A DNA stretch of 64,000 nt from Candidatus Poriferihabitaceae bacterium. GTDB taxonomy: Bacteria > Pseudomonadota > Gammaproteobacteria > Arenicellales > Poriferihabitantaceae. Under the pieces are notes generated by a model. That model had not been told where the DNA came from. It worked only from the letters and a program-made list of their open reading frames with translations, and did no database searches. Positions 50,710 through 60,320 of the stretch are shown piece after piece (positions within the stretch are counted from its first letter, which is position 1; the number at the start of each line of letters is the position of its first letter). The stretch covers positions 845,900 through 909,899 of the forward strand of contig OZ245025.1 in NCBI GenBank assembly GCA_965223465.1, in the 5' to 3' direction. Made by a program: the position numbers and the translations under genes.

Positions 50710-51249
50710 TTAAAAACTCGAACCGGGCTGATTCAGAAAATCGATTTCCTCTTCAGTGGACTGACGCCCAAGGATGGCATTACGATGCGGATAACGTCCG
50801 AAACGTTCAATAATGGCGCGATGTTTGTGTTCAAAATCTAACGTGTTTTCGCTTGCGTATTGCTCAAACAAAGGTAAAGCGGCCTGATGTTCAGCTAACG
50901 CTTCACTATGCATATACGGCATCAGTAGGAAATTGGTTTTTACCTGCTCCAGCCGTTGATGACTACCCGCTATGACAGCTGCTTTAGTTAGCTCAAGCGC
51001 TTGCTGGTCAAAGGCAAACGCACCCGGCGCATCGCGAAACATATTGCGAGAAAACTGATCCAGCACGATAATTTCGGCCAGACGCCCTTCATCCTGATCG
51101 CGCCAATGTGCCAGCTTCCCTGCGGCCGCTTGGGCGTGAACCGCCGCAAATCGTCTTTTAATTAGCGCATCAAACTCCGTATCTTTGACCCACCATTGTT
51201 TGGGCTCAATTGCTTCAAACCAAAAGTGAATAATGTCAGTGTAGTTCAT
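50710..51249 (-). CDS. DUF924-family protein
   Basis: 179 aa with DUF924-type blocks (FWF...WW.KD..FD, VLDQFSRNMFR, RFGRYPHRN..LGR.ST.EE). Its start overlaps the upstream stop by 4 nt. Confidence 0.8.
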   Translation of the reverse strand: MNYTDIIHFWFEAIEPKQWWVKDTEFDALIKRRFAAVHAQAAAGKLAHWRDQDEGRLAEIIVLDQFSRNMFRDAPGAFAFDQQALELTKAAVIAGSHQRLEQVKTNFLLMPYMHSEALAEHQAALPLFEQYASENTLDFEHKHRAIIERFGRYPHRNAILGRQSTEEEIDFLNQPGSSF

Positions 51250-51632
51250 GGTTTTGTTCCTAACAGGGATAATATAAATAACAACCAGCCGCCAAGCAGG
51301 CTTAGCCCACCCACGGGGGTTAAAAAGGCAAAAATGCGTACATCCGTCAGGCTAAGCAGAATCAAGCTACCTGAAAATAAAATGATTCCCAATAGAAAAA
51401 GCCTTACTGCCCAGTCCAGGCGTTCGACATGCAGCACCATGGGCCGGATGAGCGCACTTGCCATTAACGCAACCGCGTGCATGAAGGCATAACGAATCGC
51501 CAAATCGTATTGATGCTGGGCAGATTCATCTAGGGCGTTTTTCAGCGCATGCGCCCCGAACGCCCCTAAAGCAACCACCATAAAGCCGATAATGCCTGCG
51601 ATAATGAGTATTTGACGTTGTTTGGCGTGCAT
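51246..51632 (-). CDS. DUF423 (YgdD-like) small membrane protein
   Basis: Four TM helices and the GAFGAH motif. I prefer the start MHAKQRQ at 51632, which overlaps the msrA stop by 1 nt (TAATG). The track ORF extends to 51671. Confidence 0.75.
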   Translation of the reverse strand: MHAKQRQILIIAGIIGFMVVALGAFGAHALKNALDESAQHQYDLAIRYAFMHAVALMASALIRPMVLHVERLDWAVRLFLLGIILFSGSLILLSLTDVRIFAFLTPVGGLSLLGGWLLFILSLLGTKP

Positions 51633-52264
51633 TACTCGGGGTAGGCCACCCCGGTTCCACCCAAGCCACAATATCCGTGCGGCACCTTAGCCAAATACTG
51701 CTGGTGATCGGCTTCCGCGTAGTAAAACTCAGGCGCTTCGACTATCTCGGTTTTTATCTCAGAATAGCCCTGTCGATTCAATTGATCCTGATACGCGGCT
51801 TTACTCTGGTGTGCTTCGTCTAACTGGGATTCGCTATAAGTATAAATAGCAGAGCGATACTGCGTACCGACATCATTCCCCTGACGCATATGCTGGGTCG
51901 GGTCGTGTCCCTGCCAAAAGGTATGTAACAGGCGCTCATAGCTTACCTTGGTTGGATCAAAAACCACCAACACCACTTCGTTATGGCCGGTCTGACCAGT
52001 ACAAACCTCTCTATAATTCGGATTGGGCGTATAGCCCCCTGCATACCCTACTGCAGTAACATATACCCCTGGTATCTGCCAAAATAGTTTTTCCGCACCC
52101 CAAAAACAGCCCATACCAAACAGGGCTTGCTCATGCCCATCCGGCCAAGGCGGTTTGATGTCATTTTGATTAACAAAGTGCGCGGTACTATTTAGCGCCA
52201 TGGGCTGAGTGCGCCCAGGCAAAGCTTGCTCAGCAAATACCATAGAAACTGATTTGGTAAACAT
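51632..52264 (-). CDS. msrA: Peptide-methionine (S)-S-oxide reductase
   Basis: 210 aa with the GCFWG active site ([13 protein letters not shown]). Its start overlaps the upstream stop by 1 nt. Confidence 0.95.
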   Translation of the reverse strand: MFTKSVSMVFAEQALPGRTQPMALNSTAHFVNQNDIKPPWPDGHEQALFGMGCFWGAEKLFWQIPGVYVTAVGYAGGYTPNPNYREVCTGQTGHNEVVLVVFDPTKVSYERLLHTFWQGHDPTQHMRQGNDVGTQYRSAIYTYSESQLDEAHQSKAAYQDQLNRQGYSEIKTEIVEAPEFYYAEADHQQYLAKVPHGYCGLGGTGVAYPE

Positions 52265-54108
52265 TAAGGCCTCCAGTTGGGGTTCAGTTGCTGGATTATA
52301 GCGCGTACTTTGGCTGCACTGGTTTCATCGCCCGCAGCGGCGTGTACTTGTGCCAGGCTATGCCAGAAAACGGTGCGCTGTGGCGCGCTTTGGGTAAGAT
52401 CTTTGAGTAATTTTATCGCCAGATCATAATGCCCCAATCGCGCCAGCAATAGACTGCCATTGTATCTGATTCTGTAATTACGCGGCTGATGCTCAAGCTC
52501 GGTGCTGATTAATTCACCTGCTTGTTGGAATAACAGCGCGTGATTATTAGAAGCTGCTTCCTCAAGGGCTTGCCCCTGGGTTGGCACCAACAATTTATCA
52601 TATACCGCTAATCTCGCATTCACACCAATTCTCTGCGTATTTTGAGACTCAAGCAACCACCCATTAAACGCGTCCTGGCCTAAAAATTCGGGTGTATCCA
52701 TGCCCCTCGCCAGGTGGCGGTTCGCTTGATAGGGCTTGATATTCAACCAGTATACACTTGCCAATGAAAACGCCAAAATAGGTACGATCAGCCAAGCTTT
52801 ATCCATATTCATCCCGACTAGATTGGCACTAGCAGCGCTTGACCGAGTTTGCGACAAAATTACCGCAACAAAACTCAACCACAACAACGTGCTCGAAAAA
52901 GTATCCATGCCGACCAAATTCTTAACCCCAAACGCGATGAAAAACCCTATTGCAAATGCCTTTTGCCATACTGACCAGCTGCTGATTCGTAATACAAGCA
53001 ATATGGGTAAACCGAGGATCAGACAATACAGCACCAACCCTAGGATACCGCTGGCGACCATTACATCTAAATAGGCATTGTGCGCCCGATCAAACCAAAT
53101 ATCGGCATTATCCATCACCCCTGCACGATAATGCTCGGTAAAAGCAATTGCATAGTTTTCGTTACCCCAGCCGAGGACGGGGTGTTGTTTAACAGCGTCC
53201 ATTGCGATTCGCCAATTTTCCAGCCGATCAGCGGTGGTTTGATCTTGCATCGAAATACGACCAATGCGTTGCAGGGCATAGTTATCGCTTTGTTTAATTA
53301 GGTTTTGCACGGTTCCTAATTGCGACGATAATCCAATACCTAAAAGTAATAGCCCCAAAAAAACCCATATATTGGCGCGAAAACTCGTTTTTCCCAATCT
53401 GCCGAATAGAATGACGAGCGCCATACTGAGTAATGCCACTCCTAGTGCCAGAAAAGGCCCACGTGATGCGGTTTTTATTAGCGCCAACCCGGTTATCAAA
53501 ATGATGATTAGGCTCATGAGCACAATCAAGAGCTTGTTCTTGTTTGAAGTTCGAAGCCTTTCAACAACCGAGAAGCCGAGCAGGAAAGTACCCAATACAG
53601 CAAGATTACCGAGATAAATCGGATTGCCCAGTGTCGAAATTATGCGTTTCTCAGTTTCAAACAAACCCAGTAAGCAAACGATGGTCAAGACCAAAATTAA
53701 ATTCCCCAATACCAGGATGACGCGTTCTGAGTTCAATACCGTCATCAGACAAAGCAAGTACATTGCCCAGTGTAAATAAGCGATCCATCCGGCCATGCGT
53801 TCATAGTTCGACCATATCGAACGATATGCATCAATCCCGGTTAACGCGGTGAGCAAATTCCATAGCAGAAATATCGCTAATAATGCCAGTAATAGCCGTG
53901 CTCGATCATCCGCAAATTTCTTAAATCCTGGTGAAAGAACTTGCTGATAGGCGAATAGACCAAACGCCAACTCAACAACCCCGCGAAACACCCAGGCTTT
54001 ACCCGTTTCATAAGGAAATAGCAGGCCCGAATCCAACCAAAGTAATGTCCAGGGCGCAAGCAGGCACAACGCAAAAATAGCGACATTGGTACGCTGAGCG
54101 GATAACAT
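52264..54108 (-). CDS. Wzy_C-type (O-antigen ligase / PglL-like) polytopic membrane protein with a C-terminal TPR domain
   Basis: 614 aa with about 12 TM helices. Wzy_C hallmark blocks ([12 protein letters not shown]; [23 protein letters not shown]). The C-terminal roughly 200 aa are soluble with TPR-like repeats. Confidence 0.7.
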   Translation of the reverse strand: MLSAQRTNVAIFALCLLAPWTLLWLDSGLLFPYETGKAWVFRGVVELAFGLFAYQQVLSPGFKKFADDRARLLLALLAIFLLWNLLTALTGIDAYRSIWSNYERMAGWIAYLHWAMYLLCLMTVLNSERVILVLGNLILVLTIVCLLGLFETEKRIISTLGNPIYLGNLAVLGTFLLGFSVVERLRTSNKNKLLIVLMSLIIILITGLALIKTASRGPFLALGVALLSMALVILFGRLGKTSFRANIWVFLGLLLLGIGLSSQLGTVQNLIKQSDNYALQRIGRISMQDQTTADRLENWRIAMDAVKQHPVLGWGNENYAIAFTEHYRAGVMDNADIWFDRAHNAYLDVMVASGILGLVLYCLILGLPILLVLRISSWSVWQKAFAIGFFIAFGVKNLVGMDTFSSTLLWLSFVAVILSQTRSSAASANLVGMNMDKAWLIVPILAFSLASVYWLNIKPYQANRHLARGMDTPEFLGQDAFNGWLLESQNTQRIGVNARLAVYDKLLVPTQGQALEEAASNNHALLFQQAGELISTELEHQPRNYRIRYNGSLLLARLGHYDLAIKLLKDLTQSAPQRTVFWHSLAQVHAAAGDETSAAKVRAIIQQLNPNWRP

Positions 54109-54118
54109 GAATCAACGC

Positions 54119-54760
54119 TTAGTAAGCTATCTGTCTGGTTTCCTGCTTTGCATCATTTATCCATCGGCCCAATACTTGGTCAGCCAACACATAATTCATA
54201 TACGCTCGTACCACCGGGCTTACCTCTATCTGAAACGTCTGGAAGCGAAATACCACTGGCGCAAACATCGCATCAGCCACCGTAAAATCACCGTATAACC
54301 ACCTTCCCTGCTGACCCGACATCGTGAGCGCCTGCGTCCAAATTTGCTCTATACGCTGGATATCTTTGATAGTCGCGTCCGAGAGCTTAACTTCACGCCG
54401 GGCTCGAATATCCATCGGGCATTGTTCACGTAAGGCGGCAAAACTTGAATGCATCTCACAGCTGATAGAGCGCGCATGCGCCCGCTGGATCGGGGCTTCC
54501 GGCCAGCTATACTGACAAGCATAGCGCTCAATTGTCGTTTCGATAATCGCCAGGGAATCCCATATCGTGGTATCTGCCTCCAACAATACCGGCACCTTAC
54601 CCCCAGAACCAATAGGATCAATGGATGGCTTGAACTCAGGTTCATCCAGCCATAAGATTTTTTCCCTAAAATCGATATTATTCTTACTTAAAAATAGCCA
54701 GGGACGTAAAGACCAACTGGAATAATTTTTATTGCCGATGATGAGTGTGGGTGAACCCAT
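54119..54760 (-). CDS. Glutathione S-transferase family protein
   Basis: 213 aa. Thioredoxin-like N-terminal domain (LIIGNKNYSSWSLRPWL..., GKVPVL, WDSLAI) and a helical C-terminal domain. Confidence 0.8.
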   Translation of the reverse strand: MGSPTLIIGNKNYSSWSLRPWLFLSKNNIDFREKILWLDEPEFKPSIDPIGSGGKVPVLLEADTTIWDSLAIIETTIERYACQYSWPEAPIQRAHARSISCEMHSSFAALREQCPMDIRARREVKLSDATIKDIQRIEQIWTQALTMSGQQGRWLYGDFTVADAMFAPVVFRFQTFQIEVSPVVRAYMNYVLADQVLGRWINDAKQETRQIAY

Positions 54761-55002
54761 GTAAAGCCCTCTAGAATAGTGATATAAACTGCTTAGATAG
54801 TTTGTAGGCTTATTTTAAACTGTCTTCAGGTTTGTTATCTGCTCTCTCGATAAACCCAAACTACCTGCGAATTATGTCATGTAAAAGCAATAATACCGCA
54901 AGGAGTTTTAGTGAGAGGTTAGATATTCCGTATAGTCATTGATGTAATTCATAATCAACTTCCCAGCAAATTCATTTCATACGTTCCGCTCAGAACAGGC
55001 GT

Positions 55003-55356
55003 CTAAATAAAAGCGATATCTTTATAAATAATCAGATTATGGTTTATCAGGTCTCGGTATTTTTTATTATCTCGATCCTGATACGTCAACGTTGCTTGAA
55101 CTCGTAGAGGCGCCTTACGACTGAAATACGCAGCGCTAGAATCCAGTAACGTCCGGATTTCTTTTTGTGGTGGGAAAAATGTAATATTATTGAAAAGATG
55201 TTGATCAGACACGTTCTTTTGGCCGCCCAGCCCCATCAGTTTTGGTTTGAACTTGACGGTTACCGCATAAGCTGGATGCGAGCCAATATTCTTAAGCGCG
55301 ATATATATAAAACCAGCTTCAAACTGAAAATCAACGATAATATAAGGTTGGTCCAT
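55003..55356 (-). CDS. Hypothetical 117-aa protein coupled to the tail-tube-like gene
   Basis: The ORF starts 6 nt after the stop of the upstream gene (TAAgcgcgcATG). It has a beta-strand-like alternation, no TM helix or signal peptide, and no motif I recognise. AT-rich. Confidence 0.5.
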   Translation of the reverse strand: MDQPYIIVDFQFEAGFIYIALKNIGSHPAYAVTVKFKPKLMGLGGQKNVSDQHLFNNITFFPPQKEIRTLLDSSAAYFSRKAPLRVQATLTYQDRDNKKYRDLINHNLIIYKDIAFI

Positions 55357-55362
55357 GCGCGC

Positions 55363-55797
55363 TTATCCATGCTCAATGGTCAAACCTTCATGGGCGAGCT
55401 CCACTTCTTCAATGGCCACTTCACTAGTTGAAGCATTAAACGTTGGCCCTATCAGCTTGACAGGAAACGCATTCTTTATTTTCCATACCACTACGGGTTC
55501 ATGATTTTCATTTAGAAGCTTTATCCGTACATCGCGTCTTTCTGCTTTTGAAAAACGAATGGAATTGATCCAGTCAAAAAGTTCGTTATCACCAGCCAGT
55601 ATCCCCCGTTTTAAGGTGATGTTGTTGTAATGAACGCTCCCTGGAAATTTCAAAGTTGAGTTAACTGGACTACTACCTTCTCGATACTCAATCGTATCAA
55701 TTTTAATGCTAAGCCCGGACACCTCACTAAAACCCACTCTCGAACCGCCCCATTCGACGATAAAATGTGAACTGGTTTCAGGGTTTTCAATAGACAT
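55363..55797 (-). CDS. Phage / contractile-injection-system inner tail-tube protein homologue (T4 gp19 / Afp1 / Pvc1-like)
   Basis: Conserved family blocks: FIVEWGG..GFSEVSGL...IEYREG...PG....NITLKRG....ELFDWINS...RRDV.I.LLNE...VVVWKIKNAFPVK......AS.SEVAIEE.ELAHEGL. I chose the start at MSIENPE (ATG 55797), which is preceded by GAGGAG. The track ORF starts at 55815. Confidence 0.8.
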   Translation of the reverse strand: MSIENPETSSHFIVEWGGSRVGFSEVSGLSIKIDTIEYREGSSPVNSTLKFPGSVHYNNITLKRGILAGDNELFDWINSIRFSKAERRDVRIKLLNENHEPVVVWKIKNAFPVKLIGPTFNASTSEVAIEEVELAHEGLTIEHG

Positions 55798-56099
55798 TCC
55801 AATCTCCTCATTCATTGTATGAAATAAATGTAAAAAATTAGAGATTAGAAATCAGTGATGTTTCGCACAAATACACGCTTATGCTAACCCCATCACACGC
55901 CAAATAAGATTTCGCGATGGTCTTTGTTGTGCGGGGTCTAGTTTATGGGTGCTTTGCGAAGCCAATTTGTAGTTTAAGACAATTAATTTCGTATCGCGCT
56001 AGGATAAAACTGTATAGTTTTACGACGTTAGGTACGCACGATAAAAACCACGCTACGCTAAGCGCGTATATACTATGTCTTTTATACGCTAAACAATTA

Positions 56100-57683
56100 A
56101 TGTCTGAATCCAAACACGATGCCATTATTATCGGTGGTGGGCATAACGGCCTGGTATGCGCCTGCTATCTAGCGCGTGCGGGTAAAAGCGTAAAAATACT
56201 CGAACGGCGGCCTATCGTCGGCGGCGCAGCGGTAACCGAAACGTTCTATCCCGGGTTTCGTAACTCCATCGCGAGTTATACAGTGGGTTTGTTGCACCCA
56301 AAAATCATTGACGAATTGAATCTCACACAACACGGATTGGAAATCATCCCCAGGCCGTTCGCCAACTTTTTACCACTGGATCGGGAGAACTACCTGCTAA
56401 TGAGCGGCAGTCTGGCAGCTCGGCAACAACAATTAGCAAAGTTCTCCGAAAAGGACGCCGCTAATTTACCCGCGTATGAGCGAATGTTATCGGAGGTTGC
56501 GGAGGTACTACGAGAATTAACGCTCGTCAGGCCACCGCGCCTACCCAACCCCGGGATTTTGGGCTGGTCAAGCCTGCTTAAAACTTCACGTTGCTTCCGC
56601 AAATTATCGACCGAGTCACAACGAGACTTGCTTGATCTATTTACCCTAAGCGCGGCTGAATTACTCAAACGCTGGTTTGAAGCCGAGCCAGTGCAAGCAT
56701 TATTTGGTTTTGATTCGATTGTGGGTAGTTTTGTCAGTCCGTATGAAGCTGGCAGTGCGTACATTTTGCTGCATCATGTTTTTGGTGAGGTAAATGGTCA
56801 ACAAGGCGTGTGGGGGCATGTAAAGGGCGGTATGGGTTCGATCACGCAGGCGATGGCGAGCGAAGCCCAGCGGTTGGGGGTCGAAATCGAACTGGAGTGC
56901 GAAGTAAAAGAAATTTTGGTGAATCCAGATAAATCCATCGCCGTACGCACCACCGATAATAACGTTCACTTGGCCCGAAAAATTGCCGCTAACGTCAATC
57001 CGAAACACCTATATCTTGAATTGATTGACGAATCACATCTGCCGCCAGATTTCGTCCAACGCCTACGCTGGTATCAGTGTAAATCAGGGGTATTTCGCAT
57101 GAATGTTGCGCTGGAAGAATTACCTGATTTTACTTGTCTGCCTGGCAGCCATTTGCAAAATCATCACCAGGCGGGCATCTATTTTGCCCCCAGTCTTGGA
57201 TACATAGATCAGGCCAAACAGGATGCCGCAAACTTGGGTTGGTCACGTGCGCCCGTCGTTGAAATGTGTATCCCGAGTACCATTGACGATTCGCTCGCCC
57301 CCGCAGGTAAACACGTTGCAAGCTTGTTTTGCCAGTATTTTCAGCCGGAACTACCCAACGGGTTACGATGGCAAGAACAACGTGACACCGTTGCCCAGCT
57401 TGTCATCGATACCGTGACGAAGTACGCCCCTAATTTCAGACAAAGCGTGCTGGGATACGAAGCCTTGACACCTAAAGACCTGGAGCAGCGTTTTGGCTTG
57501 ACTGGTGGTGATATTTTTCATGGCGCCCTGCGACCCAATCAACTATTTGCTGCCCGTCCAGTGCTCGGTTATGGAGATTACACCACGCCGATCAAAAACT
57601 TATACCTATGCGGGTCAGGTGCACATCCCGGTGGCGGTGTTACTGGCCTGCCGGGTTATAACGCCGCAAAGGCCATGTTGTAG
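56100..57683 (+). CDS. NAD(P)/FAD-dependent oxidoreductase, phytoene-desaturase (CrtI)-like family
   Basis: The start MSESKHDAIIIGGGHNGLVCACYLARAG (ATG 56100) carries the dinucleotide-binding fold. C-terminal GSGAHPGGGVTG motif. The upstream 61 codons of the track ORF look non-coding. Confidence 0.85.
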   Translation: MSESKHDAIIIGGGHNGLVCACYLARAGKSVKILERRPIVGGAAVTETFYPGFRNSIASYTVGLLHPKIIDELNLTQHGLEIIPRPFANFLPLDRENYLLMSGSLAARQQQLAKFSEKDAANLPAYERMLSEVAEVLRELTLVRPPRLPNPGILGWSSLLKTSRCFRKLSTESQRDLLDLFTLSAAELLKRWFEAEPVQALFGFDSIVGSFVSPYEAGSAYILLHHVFGEVNGQQGVWGHVKGGMGSITQAMASEAQRLGVEIELECEVKEILVNPDKSIAVRTTDNNVHLARKIAANVNPKHLYLELIDESHLPPDFVQRLRWYQCKSGVFRMNVALEELPDFTCLPGSHLQNHHQAGIYFAPSLGYIDQAKQDAANLGWSRAPVVEMCIPSTIDDSLAPAGKHVASLFCQYFQPELPNGLRWQEQRDTVAQLVIDTVTKYAPNFRQSVLGYEALTPKDLEQRFGLTGGDIFHGALRPNQLFAARPVLGYGDYTTPIKNLYLCGSGAHPGGGVTGLPGYNAAKAML

Positions 57684-57724
57684 ACTCGGCTAAACTGTCT
57701 GGCTTAAATACAAACTACTCACGA

Positions 57725-58819
57725 CTATGGCGCGAGCAGATGATAACGTGCATCAGATGTGAGGGTTTTAACAGCCGTAGCCATCAATTCACCAAGCAGC
57801 GCCGCGATTTGTTCATTGTAGTGCTTATAATCCCAATAGTGGGCATCGTTGGTGGTGATCTCAGACTCAATCATAAAATCAATCACATAAGTATTCTGCA
57901 GCTGCTTTGCGAGCTCAGCCACAGAATGTTTACATTCCTGCCAGATAATTTCCTGCCTGGAACCCGGTGCAGCCTGATAGTAGAAGTGATATGGCGTAAA
58001 TATGATTATCTTACGAGTTTCGTACGGCAATGTGATAAGCATATCTTCTAAACGCTTCAGGGCTTGCGAACGCAGCGCTTTACGTTGTTTTGCTGTTAGT
58101 GCTACGGGTGAATTGACACGTTCTTTGCCTTTAGGCTCACTCGAACCATAAATATTGATCCGCGCCTTTTGTATGTCGTAGCCCGACATGGGCCCGGTAA
58201 AAAGATGATAGCCATCGGTACCGTAAGGACTGGGCCCTATGCCGGTGACCGCCAACAATTGCAACCAGGCATGCTGCAAACTTAGCAAGCTGAGTGGCGG
58301 AAAATCGTTGTCTACGCGCGCATCAAACAACCATTGGGGAAAGCCTGTAGCGGTATTGTCACCGACAAATTTCTGGTCTGCGTACGCGGGGTAACACCAA
58401 AGATAATCCAGACCAAAAATAATGTTCTTAATCTTGCTGTGATGACGTACGAAAACCTCAAATATTTGCTGTTGTTCCCAGGAAGAGGCTGCGTCCATAC
58501 CCAGGTTAACGAATGCACCATCTAACAAACGATTTAATTGCTGCGGTTTAAGTAAGCGTATATTGGAATTACCAATAATCGCACTATCAAAATGCGCTTT
58601 GCGTGCCAGAGCGGGATGAAACAAACGCTGGTATTTATCCACCGGGGCACGTTGTAATTTCGGTGAGAAAGACAAATTATCGTACGGATCAATAATTAGG
58701 ATAAATGCATAGCTGAGCACCACCAACAACACCAAGGCGACCATAACCGTCCGCACAAAACTGCGCCAGCGTGGATCAGAACTGGAAGTATAGGAACTCT
58801 GTATATCCATCACTAGCAA
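57725..58819 (-). CDS. Membrane-anchored periplasmic protein, putative DltD/SGNH-like acyl-transfer partner of the MBOAT
   Basis: N-terminal TM anchor (VMVALVLLVVLSYAFILII). Early GNS motif (AIIGNSNIR) and late DxxH motif (WDYKHY), in the order seen in SGNH/DltD-type enzymes. Overlaps the MBOAT stop. The assignment is tentative. Confidence 0.4.
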   Translation of the reverse strand: MLVMDIQSSYTSSSDPRWRSFVRTVMVALVLLVVLSYAFILIIDPYDNLSFSPKLQRAPVDKYQRLFHPALARKAHFDSAIIGNSNIRLLKPQQLNRLLDGAFVNLGMDAASSWEQQQIFEVFVRHHSKIKNIIFGLDYLWCYPAYADQKFVGDNTATGFPQWLFDARVDNDFPPLSLLSLQHAWLQLLAVTGIGPSPYGTDGYHLFTGPMSGYDIQKARINIYGSSEPKGKERVNSPVALTAKQRKALRSQALKRLEDMLITLPYETRKIIIFTPYHFYYQAAPGSRQEIIWQECKHSVAELAKQLQNTYVIDFMIESEITTNDAHYWDYKHYNEQIAALLGELMATAVKTLTSDARYHLLAP

Positions 58820-60158
58820 TATTAATCGTTAGGTAAAAAATTAGCCCTGCGAGCATAAGTGCCACGCTACGCCTGGCTGGTAGTTTGTGCTGCGCAATGA
58901 CCTGGCTCGTTGGCCCCAATACCGCAAATAAAAAAGCCACCAGCGCAAACCATCGGTTGGGAGAGTCGTGTAAAACTAGGCTCCAGCCGTGACTACCCGT
59001 CATCGAAGCAATCATTGACAGTGCTGTGTTTAAGTTATCTGCTCGAAATATCACCCAGCCGACCATTAGGAACAACAAAGTCAGCGGCCAAGCTATGTAT
59101 CTCGGTAAGCTAAAGCCTTGACGCTGCCAGAAGTGATTTAAGATCAATGCCCCACCATGCATTAAACCCCATACGACAAATGTCCACCCCGCGCCATGCC
59201 AGAGCCCACCGAGAAACATGGTGATCAATAAAGCGAAAAGCGTGCGGGATGCGCCGAATCGACTCCCGCCCAATGGGATATAAAGGTAATCACGTAAAAA
59301 GCGCGATAGCGTCATATGCCAACGACGCCAGAACTCGCGAATCGAAGTGGCCCGGTATGGCGCGTTAAAATTAGTCGGTAAGGTCATGCCCATCATTAAC
59401 CCGAGGCCGATGGCCATATCTGAATAACCGGAAAAATCAAAATAGAGCTGTAATGAATAAGCTGCGGATGCAACCCAACTTTCTGCCATCGTGAGGACGC
59501 TACCCGCCGCAGCGGCATCAAACAAGGGCGTCGATGTTTTCGCCAGTTGATCAGCGATTAGTGTTTTCTTCGCTAAACCGAATGCGAACAGTGCTAAACC
59601 AGCACCAATATGGTGATAAATTCCGGGTCGTAAGGGTGATTTTTTGTATTGCGGGATAATTTCGTTGTGCCGAACGATTGGACCCGCGATGAGTTGCGGA
59701 AAATAGATAACGTACAGCGCATAATCGCGTAAAGGATATAGCGCTGCCTTTCCTCTATAGCGATCCACCAAATAGGAAATTTGTTGAAAAGTAAAAAAGC
59801 TAATGCCCAAGGGTAAAATCAAATCATAAGGGGTATAGGGCCGATCCGTTACGGCATATAATGCACCAGCAAAAAAATCCAGGTATTTGAAAACCCCTAT
59901 CAGCAGCAAATTAAACAATACACCGACTGCGATTACCCACCGTAAATTATTAGGTGATAGCCTCAGAGAGAACCACCAATTGACCAATACTGACAGCAAC
60001 AACAAGGGTAAAAAGCGTACATCCCAGTAGGCATAGAACACGATGGATGCCAGTAATAACCATGTTATACGCCACGTATAACGCGACGCCAGCAAATAAT
60101 AACCTAACATCGATATCGGCAGAAATACCGCGATAAACTGGTAGGAATTGAAAAGCAT
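58776..60158 (-). CDS. MBOAT-family membrane O-acyltransferase (AlgI/DltB/PatA-like)
   Basis: The canonical MLFNSYQFIAVFL start is at 60158 (the track ORF runs to 60230). Polytopic, with a conserved His region (FWRRWHMTLSRFLRDYLYIPLGG; LWHGAGW). Confidence 0.85.
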   Translation of the reverse strand: MLFNSYQFIAVFLPISMLGYYLLASRYTWRITWLLLASIVFYAYWDVRFLPLLLLSVLVNWWFSLRLSPNNLRWVIAVGVLFNLLLIGVFKYLDFFAGALYAVTDRPYTPYDLILPLGISFFTFQQISYLVDRYRGKAALYPLRDYALYVIYFPQLIAGPIVRHNEIIPQYKKSPLRPGIYHHIGAGLALFAFGLAKKTLIADQLAKTSTPLFDAAAAGSVLTMAESWVASAAYSLQLYFDFSGYSDMAIGLGLMMGMTLPTNFNAPYRATSIREFWRRWHMTLSRFLRDYLYIPLGGSRFGASRTLFALLITMFLGGLWHGAGWTFVVWGLMHGGALILNHFWQRQGFSLPRYIAWPLTLLFLMVGWVIFRADNLNTALSMIASMTGSHGWSLVLHDSPNRWFALVAFLFAVLGPTSQVIAQHKLPARRSVALMLAGLIFYLTINIASDGYTEFLYFQF

Positions 60159-60320
60159 ACGGGATGTCCAGAGAACCAAGGTGCGACTGTGCGGAAATAT
60201 ACCGAATTGGTCAAGTTTGATTACATACAAGATAACAAGAATGAGAAATGCGGTAAAACCTTGTGTGGTCTGATATACGTTTTCTAGTGCTCAACAAATT
60301 TTAAGCGTATTATTGGCAAG

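Noticed and set aside
54761-56099. Complete eCIS or prophage, att-site direct repeats, or a tRNA target flanking the tail-tube islet.
   Set aside because: No sheath, baseplate, integrase or tRNA gene is present. Comparing the two flanking spacers by eye showed only short AT-rich coincidences of 7-9 nt, and no convincing direct repeats.
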